64,000 nt of DNA from Selaginella moellendorffii (taxonomy: Eukaryota > Plantae > Lycopodiophyta): contig NW_003314300.1 in the NCBI RefSeq assembly GCF_000143415.4, positions 1,471,014 through 1,535,013 on the forward strand, written 5' to 3'. The translations under genes and the position numbers were made by a program. A model generated the notes under the pieces. That model saw nothing but the letters and a program-made list of their open reading frames with translations, did no database searches and was not told the origin of the DNA. Below, in pieces: positions 40,601 through 52,994 of this stretch. Within the stretch, counting starts at the first letter, position 1, and every line of letters begins with the position of its first letter.

Positions 40601-41467
40601 TATGGCTAGAGCAAGGTTCTATTGAGCCACGCTAGGTATCTAAGTAGGTAGTGCCACCCACACTTGGACTGGGAGTATCGACCATTCGATCTCTTAGGGG
40701 AACTAGAGTCAACTCTTGAACATTTCACCAAGTTGCCCCACTTGTTTGTTCATATTCACTTTAGCCTTAGACTCCTCAATGGATATATCATCACCCAACA
40801 CATGGGTATAGCCTTCCTTGGTCACATTGGCCTTTTCTGGGCAAAATGGCTTCACTAGAGTCTTCCTTCTACTATACTTTTGGAGCTTACCAAACCTCTT
40901 AGGGTGTGGGAGATGAACGCTTTGGGCTTTCACCCTTGGATTCAGACTCGAACTCGGACTCGGACTTGGACTCGGACTCAGACTCAGTCCTGGTCTTGGT
41001 CTCGGTCTCAGTCTCAATCTTGGTCTTCGTCTCGGTCTCAATCTTAGTCTTGGTCTTGATCTCAATCTTGGTCTCGGCCTCGGGCTTGCTCTCGGTCTCG
41101 GACTCTATCTCAAGTCCATCTTAGACTCAACCTCAGACTCCATCTTAGACTCTATCTCGGGTCCATCTTGGGCACCATGTCAAGTCCATTTCAGACTTTA
41201 TCTCGGATCCATCTTAAACTCCATCTTGGACTCTATCTTGAGTCCATCTCAGATCCATATCAAACTCCATCTTGGACTCCATCTCAGGTGTATATTAGAT
41301 TCCATCTCAGGTCCATTTTGGACTCCTTCTCGAGCTCCATCTCGGGCTTCGTCTCAAGTCCATCTCAAGATCCTTCTTGGACTTCATCTCGACACTTTCA
41401 CATGTCATATATTGGTCCTCTTGTGTCCCTTTTGTAGAGACTCATTTATTGCTTGCTTCGTGCTTGT
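34640..41467 (-). mobile_element. Diverged solo LTR 'C' related to element A LTR, split by element B
   Basis: Left end TGTAAG at 34640. Segments 34640-35197 and 40559-41467 align by eye to the reverse complement of the A LTR (gggagatgaacgctttgggctttcaccctt, GACTCG-type array at ~40940-41390). Possible TSD tcctc at 34635-34639 and 41468-41472; the right terminus is degenerate. Confidence 0.65.
35198..40553 (+). mobile_element. Tcn1/Tf1-like chromovirus LTR retrotransposon 'B', near full length but mutated
   Basis: 361-bp LTRs at 35198-35558 and 40193-40553 (TGTCAAGA...TCTTGACA), TSD acctc/gcctc, PPT gaggaggggg at ~40180. Gag has CLYCADPNHKAAVCP; RT has [40 protein letters not shown]; RNaseH has IEADAFDFAIGAVLSQ; integrase has PWEFISMDF, SAYHPQTDGQSE; chromodomain has YYLVDWKGY..ECTWE. 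Confidence 0.93.
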
Positions 41468-43870
41468 TCCTCAAACACTTCATTAGGAGTTCCACTCCCA
41501 CTCTCAATTGTCTAAATTAGTCCAAATATGTTATGCTTGTTTGGTTTTTGTTTTGGCCACTACCACGTGGCCCCCTTTTGGCTCTACTTTAGGGCTTAGG
41601 GATTTGTGTTTCACATCTTCGTCCAAAAAATTCACAAATGCTAGAATAACAAATTCATCAAAAATATGAGAAAAGAGTGAAGAAGGAAAAGGAGCATAAA
41701 AAAAGGCATCAATATCAGGCATAGAATTCCCTAAATGATGAACATCAAAATTATATGTCTTAAGTTTCAAAGCCTATCGAGCAATATGACCAACTAAGTT
41801 CTTCTGCTTTAATAATGAAGTAACTATAACATGATCACTTTTAAGTAATGTTTATGAACCATGTAGATATGTATGAAGTTTCTCAAAACTCCAAACGATT
41901 GCTAAACACTCATTCTTTATCATGGAATAGTTCACCTTTACCAATTGTAATGTATGGATGATATATGCAATGAGATGGTGATGACCAAGCACACTCAAGC
42001 TCTTTTGCATCAAATTTTAAGTATTCATATGCAAAATGAAAAGTCAAGTGTAATTAAGATATGCCAAAATTGAAGGATTCATTAATAGTTCTTTAAGATT
42101 CGTAAATGCCCACTTATAGTTAACATGCTAAATGAAAGGTGACATTGACAACTTCAATAATGTTTACAACAGTGTAGTGCGATCAAAAGATGATCGACAA
42201 AACAATTGAGATATTGCACTTTGCCCAAGAAGCATTACACATCATTCACACACTTCGGAGTAAGAAATTTTAGAACAACCACAAATTTGTTAAGATCAAT
42301 TTATAAACCTTCATGAGAAATACGATACCTAAGATAAGTTGTGTCTTTAGATCTAAATATGCACTTTGATTACTTCAACTTTAAATAAACTTCCCGTAAC
42401 CGATCTAACATCTTATGAATATTACGGATGTGTTAATCCCACGTCCTTTTCGAGTGGATCAAAACATCATTAATGAAATCAATAGTCACTTATGGCATAT
42501 TGCAAAAAACCTCGTCCATCATCCACTAGAAAGTGGTTAGAGCATTGTTTAAACCAAATGACACCACCAAGAAAGCGTACAAACCAAATGGCATATAAAA
42601 AGTAATTTTAAGAATATCTTCCTCATTTATCATCACTTGCCAGTACCCAGAAAAAATATTTAACTTGGTGAATTAACAACTTCTCTCTAGATAATCCAAG
42701 AGATCAATAATATGAGGAAAAGGGTACAAACCATTGACATAAAGAATGAAAACTAACTCTATACATGATGCAAATATAGATGGCAATATGTGAAAATAGG
42801 CCAAGCAATAGAAGATAAACTTGAGCTTGTATCAACCAACATGGAGAGAATAATAAGAAACCTCTTGTTATAAAAATGAGTTTGGAAAGTAAACACTGGA
42901 TGAACTGGTATAAAATAAACCCCTTGATGATACTCCCGAAAGAAAAATTAAGAGGTCACTAACTTATTTGTATAAAGACCTTTTGCTACTTGCATGACTC
43001 TTCGTTTCTGGAGAGCATATCGATGTCCAAACTTTCCACTGTAGTAACACTAATAGAATGTTGTTGACACCATGGTCTCCACCTAGGAAATAAAGGTCGC
43101 TAATCTTGAAAATGCCAACAACACCTATAAGTGTGACCAATTTCATCACATACCCAACAATGGACATTGTGGCCATGACCACATCTTCACCCAATTTAGG
43201 CATTAACAATATCAGCCTTCATTGGAATAGAACTATCTTTTATAAGAAGTGGAGTTAAAGAACGTGCAACGAGAAATGGAAGAGACAATGTCTTATAATG
43301 TTGTGCTAAGCAAAGAGCATCATCAAAAGTGGCTAGAGCAAATGCATCACAAATCCTACAAGATCTTCACAAATTGCTAGCTATAACATTCCCAACTTGA
43401 TATACTTTAATAAATTTGGCTTTATAGGAAGCAAAAGGCTTTGAAAATGAATGCCAAATTGCATCACTAACTCAAATAGCTCTTAACAAAAACAATGTAA
43501 TTGTTAGAAGGCATCACCATAATTGTTAATATAATCCAAATACACGTTTGAAAACATCCAAGAAAATGTTCCAATCCACATGAGTGGCTATAGTTAAACC
43601 ATTATACCACTATAATGTGGAGACATATAGAGAACTCATGTAAACACCAAGCATCATCTCAAGAATGATGTGGTAATTACTATAAAGTGAATGTTATATA
43701 TCATCCCTATAATTCCCATGCAGCCAGACACGAGGATTGATAGCAAGAGTAGGAGGAGTTATACCACGCGTTGTGAATATCACCATTAACTGAGTTTAAT
43801 TGTTTATACATAACATTAAACAATTGCATTAATTGTTATTCCAGATTCAAATGAGGAAGATGTTATTCTT

Positions 43871-44483
43871 TGTAAGCAACTAAAGAGAATGATTAAATAT
43901 ATGATTCATAAGGGTTTAAATATAAAGGGAAAGGCCATGAATAATAGTGCATTTTTTTTTCCAATCAATTAAGAGTCTTGGGACATTTGTCTTGTAAAGT
44001 CTAAATTTAGGAAAATCACACCATATGTTAAAATTGATATTTAACAAAAGTCAAGCATGAGATCTGTGATGCTCCAAAAGAACGGTGAAGATCGTTACAT
44101 GGTGGCAAAAACGGTGGCAGAGACCCCAGCTCCGCTAGGAGATATAGCATACCCGCTCTTAGGAGAGTTGTAGTTCTTAGCTTCCTTTCACGAGGGTATG
44201 AACTTATAAGAGAGTAGAGCTTTCAGGAGAGTTGTGGCTCTCAACTTCCATTCAAGGGTGTGAACTTGCAAAAGAGCCCCATGAGGGTGTGAACTTGTAA
44301 GGAAGTGTAGTGAATTATAATCAATAAAAAAGAATGACTCAAAAGATGATCCATTAATATGTGATAAATTATAATTAACTAAAGAGAACGATTCAAGAGA
44401 CGATCCATAAACAAAAGTGTTCTTAGGTTTGAATAATACTGGGCTAAATGACATCCCAGAAAATCCAAATTCAGGAATTTACA
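43871..44483. mobile_element. Solo LTR (~610 bp)
   Basis: TGTAA...TTACA termini, TSD ttctt/ctctt; ends homologous, in opposite orientation, to 2911-3479. Confidence 0.7.
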
Positions 44484-45792
44484 CTCTTTTGGTATAAAGA
44501 TTAACGAAAAAAAAAGTAAAAGGGAAGAAATTAAAAAATATAAAAAAAGTGAGATCTAAACAATAAAAATGTTAGATTTAAACCAAAACCTTAAATTCAA
44601 TCACTCTTTAGGAACAATCAAAGTTGCCCCTCACTTCCACCAATGTGAGTGTATAAAATATAAAATGAAAGATAGAAATATGCATATAAAAACTTTAGTT
44701 TATATATAGAAGTAAGTGCTTTGGATTGAAACTATCAAAATCCCACTACGCTAATATTAGTGTATAGTTGTTAAAATTAGTATACGGCATTATACTATAT
44801 AGTTGAACCTCACAATAACTAAGTAGGAATTTTTTTAGAGCCTCCTTTAATATAACTTCCTTCTTTATTCCTTCTTCATATGCATTAATATAAATTTTTG
44901 GGTTGTTTAAGTAAATCTAGAGTGGGGTGATAGTGGATACACCTAGAATATGCATAAATATTTTTTGATATTCTACCATCTAATAGTTGTTATTCATTTA
45001 GATTAATCTTGCATTTATAATTTATAAACTTTCCTAAACACTTTATAGTATATTCTAGTTTATTCTACCATCAAGATTAATCTTGTGTTTATAAATTATA
45101 AACATGTTTATAATTATAAACTTCCATTTCATCAATTAGATTAATAAATAAGAATAATACTGCTATTAAGCAAAAAAAACGTTGCTGCCTGCAACATGCA
45201 ATAAATTATTTGATAATCACCAAAACAATAATAAAAATTAAAATCTATTATAGCATTATTTTTATATGTGTTACACTAATATATAACTATACATACACCC
45301 AGTGTATGTTTGTATGCCCAAAAGAAAGCAACAAAAGGCACTCTGGAATAAATATATCAAAACAATGAAAGAGTGATTGTCACATGATAGATGAACAAGT
45401 TGGACTGACAGATAAAATGGAATCAATCGAAACAAACTCAAATCCAAAATTAATTATATCCAAATCTATGATTAAAGTCCAAGGCAAAATAAAATAAATA
45501 ATTACTTACATTTTTTTTAAAAAAATAATTTTGTTTTAGAAGTGGTTATTTGAGAATCATCCAAAAATATTAAAAAATATAAGGAAAATAAGGCAGTACA
45601 AAAATCTAATAATGAATGCAATTCTATATTAGCAGCGAAAAAGAGATCAACATTTTTTTTAACTCTTTTCTAATATATACGATCTTAGACTTGATTGCAC
45701 AAAAAGTCAGAGCTCACACGCTGGAATTAAAAGTTCATCCAATGCCAAGCTACACACTAAATGTACAAGGAGAGTTCGTCGCTCGCGATCAT

Positions 45793-46475
45793 CTATTGGA
45801 AGATGAGCTCGTCATCATCCTCCCCCCAAAATTCACGATCGTCCTCCTCTTTTGATTTCGCTGGCTTGGGAGCGAAGGGATCGACCGGGGGCTTGAATCC
45901 GCCACCACCACCGCCGCCGCTGGTGGCGCTTTGGAACCCTCCACCTCCTGAGGCTCTTCTACTGCATTCACAAAGAAAGAGAAATCTTAGAAGATGGCAC
46001 AGATCCAAAGCTCATATCGATCACCATCAGCTCACAAGCAAAACAAAGAGAAGCAGAACAAAGAAAGAAATCGCAAGTCATTGAGAAGATCTTCTCCTTA
46101 CCTCATCTTCCTCCGCCTTGCAAGGGCCTGCTGCTTCCTCTTCCTCTTCTCCTGCGGTGTCTCGTGATACCTCCTCCTCCTACATTCCGCGATTATCCCC
46201 GCACTCATCACCTCCCTTCGGAACCTCCTCACGATCGAATCCGGCCCCTCGTTCTCGTTCACGATGATTGCCGCATTCGCGGGCTTCCCAGACCACATCA
46301 CATTCGCGTTGGCCGCCGATGGAAACGCCGCGCCACTGCTGCTCGCTGCACCGAACGCCACGCGCGCCGGGGCCGATCCGGCAGCTGAGGGGGCTGCTCT
46401 GTTACCTGGATCGGCGATCGACGGAGGCGGATTCGAGGCGCCAGAGAGCCCCAGCGTCATCATCACAAACGCCAT
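45793..46475 (-). CDS. rps21: Organellar (probably plastid) ribosomal protein bS21 family, 2 exons
   Basis: Ser/Ala-rich transit peptide, then IIVNENEGPDSIVRRFRREVMSAGIIAECRRRRYHETPQEKRKRK; intron 46101-45962; acidic tail. Confidence 0.85.
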
Positions 46476-46778
46476 AGCCACAAGATAGCCAAGAACCCTA
46501 ATCCCCTTTCCCCTCTGTCGTTAGACTAAACCCTAAACTCCTGATTTTAAACTAACAAACTATGTTTAAGCTAAACTCCCCTGTTCATATGATAAAATCC
46601 CTAGAACAGGGGATGATAGCTTTAGCGTGTTCCTCGTGCGCGGACTTTTGGGCGATGCTCCAATCAATTTGGTGAGTGAGTCTTCCCCCAGATCCGGCCA
46701 ATTCTCCTCCAGTCGCAGCCAATCCATGGCATTTGGATCCAATCCCAGCTCCTAGCTTCTTGGAAGCGAGATCCAAAG

Positions 46779-48176
46779 ATGGGATTCTGGGACAAATTCA
46801 AGCTCTCCGCGAGCGATCCATCCTCGCCGCCGCCCAAGCTCTCGCTCGTCCCTCTCATTGCCCTCGTCTTCTACAGCGTCTCCGGAGGCCCATTTGGAGT
46901 AGAGGATTCCGTGGGAGCGGGAGGGCCGCTTCTCGCGATCCTGGGCTTTCTAATCCTCCCATTCTTCTGGAGCGTCCCGGAAGCGCTCGTCACCGCGGAG
47001 CTCTCCACCGCATTCCCGGCAAACGGCGGCTACGTGCTATGGATTCGCGAGGCTTTCGGCTCCTTCTGGGGATTCCAGGGCGGGTTTTGGAAGTGGATTA
47101 GCGGGGTCATAGACAACGCACTCTACCCGGTTCTCTTCTTGGACTACTTGAGCCCAACATTCCCCACTTTGGCCTCTGGGCTCACCAGGGGCGTCTCCAT
47201 CTTTGGCATCACTTTGGGACTAACATTTCTTAACTACAGAGGATTAGCCGTAGTGGGGTTTACCGCCGTTTGCCTGGCCATCTTCTCGCTCGCCCCGTTT
47301 GCGGTCATGGGACTACTTGCGCTGCCCAAACTGGAGCCCCGGCGATGGACGTCGGCCCACTTGGGGCGTGTCAACTGGAAGAACTACCTCAACAATCTCT
47401 TCTGGAACCTCAACTTCTGGGACAAATCCAGCACTCTAGCCGGCGAGGTGGAAGATCCAAGCAAGACCTTTCCAAGAGCTCTCTACATCTCGATCTTCGT
47501 GGTGGTGGCGTCGTATCTCGTCCCAATCCTGGCGGGAACGGGAGCGCTGGAGCTGGATCAATCGCGATGGGTCGACGGATACTTCTCCACGATCGCGTTC
47601 GCGATCGGCGGATCGTGGCTCCGGATCTGGATCCAGCTCGCGGCGGCGCTCTCCAACATGGGGCTGTTCGAGGCGGAGATGAGCAGCGATTCCTTCCAGC
47701 TCCTGGGAATGGCGGAGATGGGGATGCTGCCCAAGTTCCTGGCGAGGAGATCGCGCCATGGGACACCCGTCTGGGGGATCGCGTTCTCCGCGCTGGGGAT
47801 TGTGATGCTCTCCTGGATGAGCTTCGCGGAGATCATCGAGCTGCTCAACTTCCTCTACAGCGTGGGGATGCTGCTGGAGCTGGCGGCGTTTGTAGCGCTG
47901 CGTGTACGGCGGCCGGATATACCCAGGCCGTACAAGGCCCCGGTTGGGGATAGACTGGGGTGCGTGCTCGTGTGTGTGCCGCCGGCAGCGTTGCTAGTGT
48001 TTGTCATGAGCTTTGCGTCGCTGCGGGTGGTAGTAGTGAGCGCGAGCGTCATTGTGGTGGGGCTGGGGCTTTACTGGGGACTGGAGGCTGCCAAGGCCCA
48101 CAAGTGGCTGGAGTTCATCCGGGGGTCCCCATTGCCAGGAGAAGCTTCGTCAGGTTTGCTGGAGCCTGGCCAGTAA
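46779..48176 (+). CDS. Polyamine uptake transporter (PUT/LAT/RMV1-like, APC superfamily), intronless
   Basis: 465-aa ORF with ~12 hydrophobic segments and motifs VSGGPFGVED, PEALVTAELSTAFP.NGGYV.W, FWNLNFWD..STLAGEV, GLFEAEMSSDSFQLLGMAEMGMLP. Confidence 0.93.
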   Translation: MGFWDKFKLSASDPSSPPPKLSLVPLIALVFYSVSGGPFGVEDSVGAGGPLLAILGFLILPFFWSVPEALVTAELSTAFPANGGYVLWIREAFGSFWGFQGGFWKWISGVIDNALYPVLFLDYLSPTFPTLASGLTRGVSIFGITLGLTFLNYRGLAVVGFTAVCLAIFSLAPFAVMGLLALPKLEPRRWTSAHLGRVNWKNYLNNLFWNLNFWDKSSTLAGEVEDPSKTFPRALYISIFVVVASYLVPILAGTGALELDQSRWVDGYFSTIAFAIGGSWLRIWIQLAAALSNMGLFEAEMSSDSFQLLGMAEMGMLPKFLARRSRHGTPVWGIAFSALGIVMLSWMSFAEIIELLNFLYSVGMLLELAAFVALRVRRPDIPRPYKAPVGDRLGCVLVCVPPAALLVFVMSFASLRVVVVSASVIVVGLGLYWGLEAAKAHKWLEFIRGSPLPGEASSGLLEPGQ

Positions 48177-49149
48177 GAAATTCTTTCTCCAATATATATC
48201 CAAAACGCTAAGTGTTTCTCAATTTAAAAGATAATTGTAACGATGCTGGGATCAATCTAGTGAGGCTTGACGATTGAATGGAGCTAAATGCACCTGAGTG
48301 GCTTGAAAATGTTTCAGAGGCGCCATTGTGGCCAACCTCCAACACATCTAACAAAGGTTATGTTCTTGTCATAAAGGATTTTTTTGCTTCAGTGTCTTAA
48401 ATATTTTAACCTTTGCATTTAAGATTATGAATACCTAGAATAACATATGCTTTTTAGTGTATGAAAAGTTAAAAGGCCAAAAGAATAACTAATGGAAGGA
48501 AAAGTATAAATTAACTAGCAGGATAAAAACAAAGCACAAAAAAAAACATGAAAAATTTCTTATTGATACTATTCCTGGAATTATTATATTTTCATTAAAT
48601 AGAAATATTAAAACAAGATATTTTTAAAGTATCTATAGTACATTTATCAATTGTAAATGAAATTTATTATAACTAATTTTCATAAGTAATATTTCAGTTA
48701 AAATTCCAGTAGTAAAATATAAAGAAAATAAATAAAACCATGATGATAATACAAATGCTTAAAGTTAATTTCATTATTGTTTGTATGATTTATAATTTCT
48801 TATCTATATATATGTATTGCACCAAAAAGTGCAATTCCTGAATAAGGAAGGAATAATACGTTTAATCAATATGAAATAAAACATTATTAGTGAAGGATTT
48901 GAAGAGCTTATAAGCCAAATATATTTATTTAATCCTAATGAATATCAAATAAATTATGAAAATACAATTGAGATAAATTTTGGTAGAGCAATTATAATTG
49001 TGCAATTTAGATGTTGAAGGGTACACCTTCTATATGTTCAACAAGACAAACATCAAATAATAGAATTCAACCTAGAATACTAAGATTTAGATTTGAATAC
49101 ATATTTAATTTATTTAAAGATGAAATATATCAAACATGTTTTGATGAAT

Positions 49150-49370
49150 GTACTTTCACATCCAGAAAATATCAAATTGGTCAAATTATTTAGAAAATAA
49201 TTGTAAAATTTCCATATATTCTAAAAACAAATTAATATGGAGATCAAATAATACTGAAAACCATTATGGTATATGTATATTAAGAGTTAAAATTAATGGT
49301 AATATTATTTCATATAAAAACTATAGAAATATAGTATGGTATAATAATAAATATTGTATAAATTGCATAA
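49150..49370 (+). pseudogene. Possible degenerate bulb-type (B-type) lectin domain
   Basis: LENNCKISIYSKNKLIWRSNNT...CILRVKINGNIISY..RNIVW resembles QxDCNLVxY...VWxSNT...LxMQxDGNLVxY...VW. The region is AT-rich and frameshifted. Confidence 0.4.
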
Positions 49371-50295
49371 AATTAACATCTCCTACTTTGCAAAATAATT
49401 ATAATTTACCAATGAAAAACTTAAGAAGGATAAGTTGAACCAAGGAATGCTAAAAAATCTCATATGGTTGCATCTTTTCAATATCTTTTTCCATCTAATG
49501 TTTAGTTTGCAATGTAATCAGTAAGCTTGTATGTCATATGAAGCAAAATATCCAAATAAAGTTTGGTGGGCAACAAATATTTATAATAATATTGAATGTT
49601 TATAACTAATTTGTAATAAACATAATATATTGTTTTATTTAATAATTTAATGCATACTTTCATCCTGTATTTATGTTAAGTCTAATATAATTATAATATA
49701 CAGTTAAAAAGTATGAATAGTAATAATTAACTATTTTCAAGTTAATTTAGTATAGTAATTATTATCAAACTACAAAATTTATATTAAAATGATACTTAAT
49801 TATCTTAAAACAGTTGAAAACAGATGTATTAGAGAATTTTTATTTTTTAAATAAATTAGAAATATAAAATTATATTAAATCCTTTAATATTTTTGTAAAT
49901 TTAGTATTTCTCACTTTAAACTTTGTAAATCCTAAAGTAAAATTTATATTTTTGTTTCTTTTATTTTATATAAAATTTTATCAATAACTAATAAACCATT
50001 TACAAATTTATTTTAAAAGTTCTTTGTTTCAAGTTTTAGACTAGAATTGTACCAAATTTTACTTTTTAAATTAATAAAAATTGTTATAATTTTATACTCA
50101 TAAATAATCATGTTTTTAATGCAATGATTTATAATGTGTTCTTGAGGTTAGAACTTATTTTTAGTCAAATTTAACACAACAAATAGTGAAAAAAGATAAA
50201 CTAATTAAATTTTTATAATTTATTTAACTTCAAACTTTATTCAGCTAACCCATTTAGCTTTATTGTAAAAGTTATGCTATAAAACTTAATGTTAA

Positions 50296-50298
<3 letters not shown>

Positions 50299-50350
<52 letters not shown>
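50299..50350. repeat. (TA)26 microsatellite
   Basis: Perfect TA run. Confidence 0.98.
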
Positions 50351-50354
<4 letters not shown>

Positions 50355-50783
50355 TAATTTAATATCCTTTCTCATACCAAAATTTCAATGCCTAATGAGA
50401 AATGAATAGGAGTGCCTTTTGATAATCAGATTTTAATCAAATCATTATTGACACACTGACTGTTAATTCCATAGTATATAGTTGTCATTAACTTGTATTT
50501 TTAACTACAAAACCGTTTGATCATGCAATCCATTTCAAAAATTCCGTCAACGCTGCCCCACGCTGACTAGCTTTGAAATTAAATGACAAGGAAAAGGAAT
50601 CCCTTACATGTCACTTTTCTCGATGCGAATCGCCAGCCAGGGACGCGTGGCCGACAGCGCTTTAAACACCTCGAAGCAATCCAATTCTTTTTTCTCATGT
50701 AATATTCCTTCGCATCGTTTCCTCTGTCTCTCCCTCTCCTCGTCGAAAACCATCCAAAGCTTTCTCTCTAGTACCCCCCCGGC

Positions 50784-51503
50784 ATGAAATCCTCGCGGCG
50801 GCATTCGCAGCTCGTCTGGATAGTCCTCATCCTCGATGCAATCGCATTCGCCCTCGCGGTAGCGGCGACCTTTCGGATACACCGAGTAAGTCTTTCACAG
50901 AGATTCAATCCGTCCAATCTAGTTCCATAGCTCTCGAATTGACTCAATCTAGAAGTTCTAAGCTATTGTCTCTGTGCTGATAGGCCACTGCTCAAAGAGA
51001 TAGCCCACAGGGCGATGTTTTCACTTGCGAGTATCGCGCTGGTCAGGCCACGAATCTTGGCATCGCCGCTGCGAGTTTCCTCGCCGCCGGGCAGCTCTTT
51101 GTGACCCTGGTGACGAGATGTATGTGCTGCCCTTGCCCTCTCAAGCGAAAGGCCGCTAACATCTGCGCAGTCATTCTCTTCATCTTCTCATGGTAAGAAT
51201 GTTCTTCGTGGTTCTCCGGTGTTCTTGCGTTTTTACTGTGATCATGCCCGTTTTTACCGTGTGGATTTTACTGCCAGGATCGCGTTTCTCGTCGCGGAGC
51301 TCTTTATCCTCACCGGGACCGCGCGCGTAACTTTCCAGAGTAAAAGAGTGACGGGCACATCGATCCACGAGTGTAAAGTCGCGCGCCAGGTGATATTCGG
51401 GATTGGCGCGGCGGCTGCGTTGCTTACCGGGTTACTTGCCTCGGCTTATTACCTCTGCTACGTCGAGGCGCGGAAGAATCTCCGTGCTGGCGAGTATGTG
51501 TAG
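50784..51503 (+). CDS. DUF1218 family membrane protein, paralogue 1 (3 exons)
   Basis: Spliced product MKSSRRHSQLVWIVLILDAIAFALAVAA...FTCEY...LGIAAASFLAAGQLFVTLVTRCMCC...FIFSW|IAFLVAELFILTG...C...IFGIGAAAALLTGLLASAYY. Confidence 0.82.
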
Positions 51504-51748
51504 GAGAGAGAGAGAGACAGAAAGGGTTTTTACTTGTGTATGGTAATTTTGTTCTTTACTTTTCACCTGTATAGTGATTGGATTCTACCTGTGGGACAAT
51601 GAGTCGGCTCCTCCGTAGAAGTTAAAAAGTATAATAATGGATGCCACTTTACCTTTAGAGTCCACTTGCTTTTAAACATACCGCGAGGCCAGTCTTCGCA
51701 TTTTTTCGCGAGATTTCAAAGTTTTTGGTGCGAGATCTCGAAGTTTTT

Positions 51749-52421
51749 ATGGGAAAGTCCCCCCAGATCGTCTCGTTAGCTTTCATCTTCCACTCCGTAT
51801 CGTTCGCACTCGCCATGGCAGCGGCGTTTCGAATCACTCATGTAAGCTGCAACTCTGGAGAGATTTTACCAAGAATTCTCTAAGATCACTTGCAAATGTT
51901 GCTATGTTCATGGATGGATATAGGCCGCTGCTCAAAGATCTAGCGAAAATGCCGATACTTTCACCTGTGAGCTTTACCAGGCCACGACTCTTGGAGCCAC
52001 CTCTGCGATTTTTCTCGCGGCCGGGCAGCTCTTTCTACTTCTTTCCACCAAATGTAGGTGCTGCCAGTGCCCTCCCAAGGCAAAGGTTGCAAAAATTTGC
52101 ACTATCATCCTTTGTATCTTTTCATGGTAAAAAGTGTTCTTCATTTATGATCTTGATGATCTCGAGCTTACGTAGAAGCGTTGTTTTCTCACTGCCAGGA
52201 CTATGTTTCTCGTCGCAGAGATCTTCATCCTTGTGGGTTCTTCGCGCGTAACTTTCTCGAGAAAAAAAGTGAAAGGCACTTCATTCCACGACTGTAAGGC
52301 TGCCCGGCAAGAGATATGTGGGATCGGCGCGCCTTGCACGTTTCTCACCGCGATAGCTTCCATGGCTTACTATGTCTGCAACAAGGCGCAGAGGAATCTC
52401 CATGCTGTTGGCCCAGTGTAG
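51749..52421 (+). CDS. DUF1218 family membrane protein, paralogue 2 (3 exons)
   Basis: Same exon structure as paralogue 1; spliced frame open from MGKSPQIVSLAF to NLHAVGPV*. Confidence 0.78.
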
Positions 52422-52899
52422 CCAAATTATCATATGCCTATGAGAATTCGATAATAATAATAATACATTGTTTTAGATGATTTTTTAAATTAATTGCGCT
52501 ATAACAATGAAATGTTATGAGAAGGAAGACTAATGACTGTTGCAAGAGCAAAGCAAATGCAAGCAGCAGCGATCTGGGACATGGTGGCCCATCTGTCACA
52601 AAAATGAGAGTGATCTTGCCCAGGAAAAACAGAAACATGGGATTGGTTGATCTCTTAAAGCTTTAGATTCTAAATAACTTTGCGACCATTTTAGTGGATG
52701 GATGTGTCTTTTGAAACAGCTTAGTATATTTCATGATCATTGTTTTCGTAGGATATCAGAACAGCCTTTGCTTCCACGTTCATATCTACAAAAATATACA
52801 TATCATCACCAACTTTTGTTTGTGTGATAGTCAAACACATAATAATGCTCAAGTTTGGAAACTTATTCTAGATAAACAATATTAAGTAAAAATAATTCA

Positions 52900-52994
52900 A
52901 TGTTTAGGAGAGGGGCCGCCGGCGCCGTGAAGAAGCCCAAGCTTCAGGGGCAGGATTTGGATATTTCCAACGTGGAGCTCATGCGATTGCTGCG
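52900..52994 (+). pseudogene. Truncated duplicate of URB2 exon 1
   Basis: AGAVKKPKLQGQDLDISNVELMRLLR versus AGAVKKLKLQGQDLEVSNVELMGLLR at ~60540-60616; similarity stops abruptly. Confidence 0.8.

Larger units (their letters stand above)
27491..44814 (-). mobile_element. Old, fragmented Ty3/gypsy element 'D' hosting nested insertions
   Basis: Short related TGTGAG...CCT(C/T)A(C/T)A repeats at 27491-27655 and 44644-44814 share aaaatcccactacgctaatatta. A PBS-like TGGTGGAAGTGAGGGG lies at 44642-44627 and a purine tract next to 27655. Minus-strand remnants: gag (~43000-43790), RT/RNaseH (~41530-42740), integrase (34600-33832: HSCVYCQ, PFELVTFDLMGLFP, SAYHP*SDG), which resumes at 28676 (MIAKY..WDGYLPFLQYAY). 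No matching outer TSD was found. Confidence 0.6.
51588..52994 (+). repeat. Duplicated ~1.4-kb block, copy 1 (copy 2 at 59100-60616)
   Basis: Shared from cctgtgggacaatgagtcggctcc through the DUF1218 gene and intergenic repeat to gattgctgcg inside URB2 exon 1. Confidence 0.9.

Noticed and set aside
47270-48234. Overlapping alternative-frame and antisense ORFs over the transporter and other GC-rich genes
   Set aside because: Expected shadow ORFs from high GC at third codon positions.
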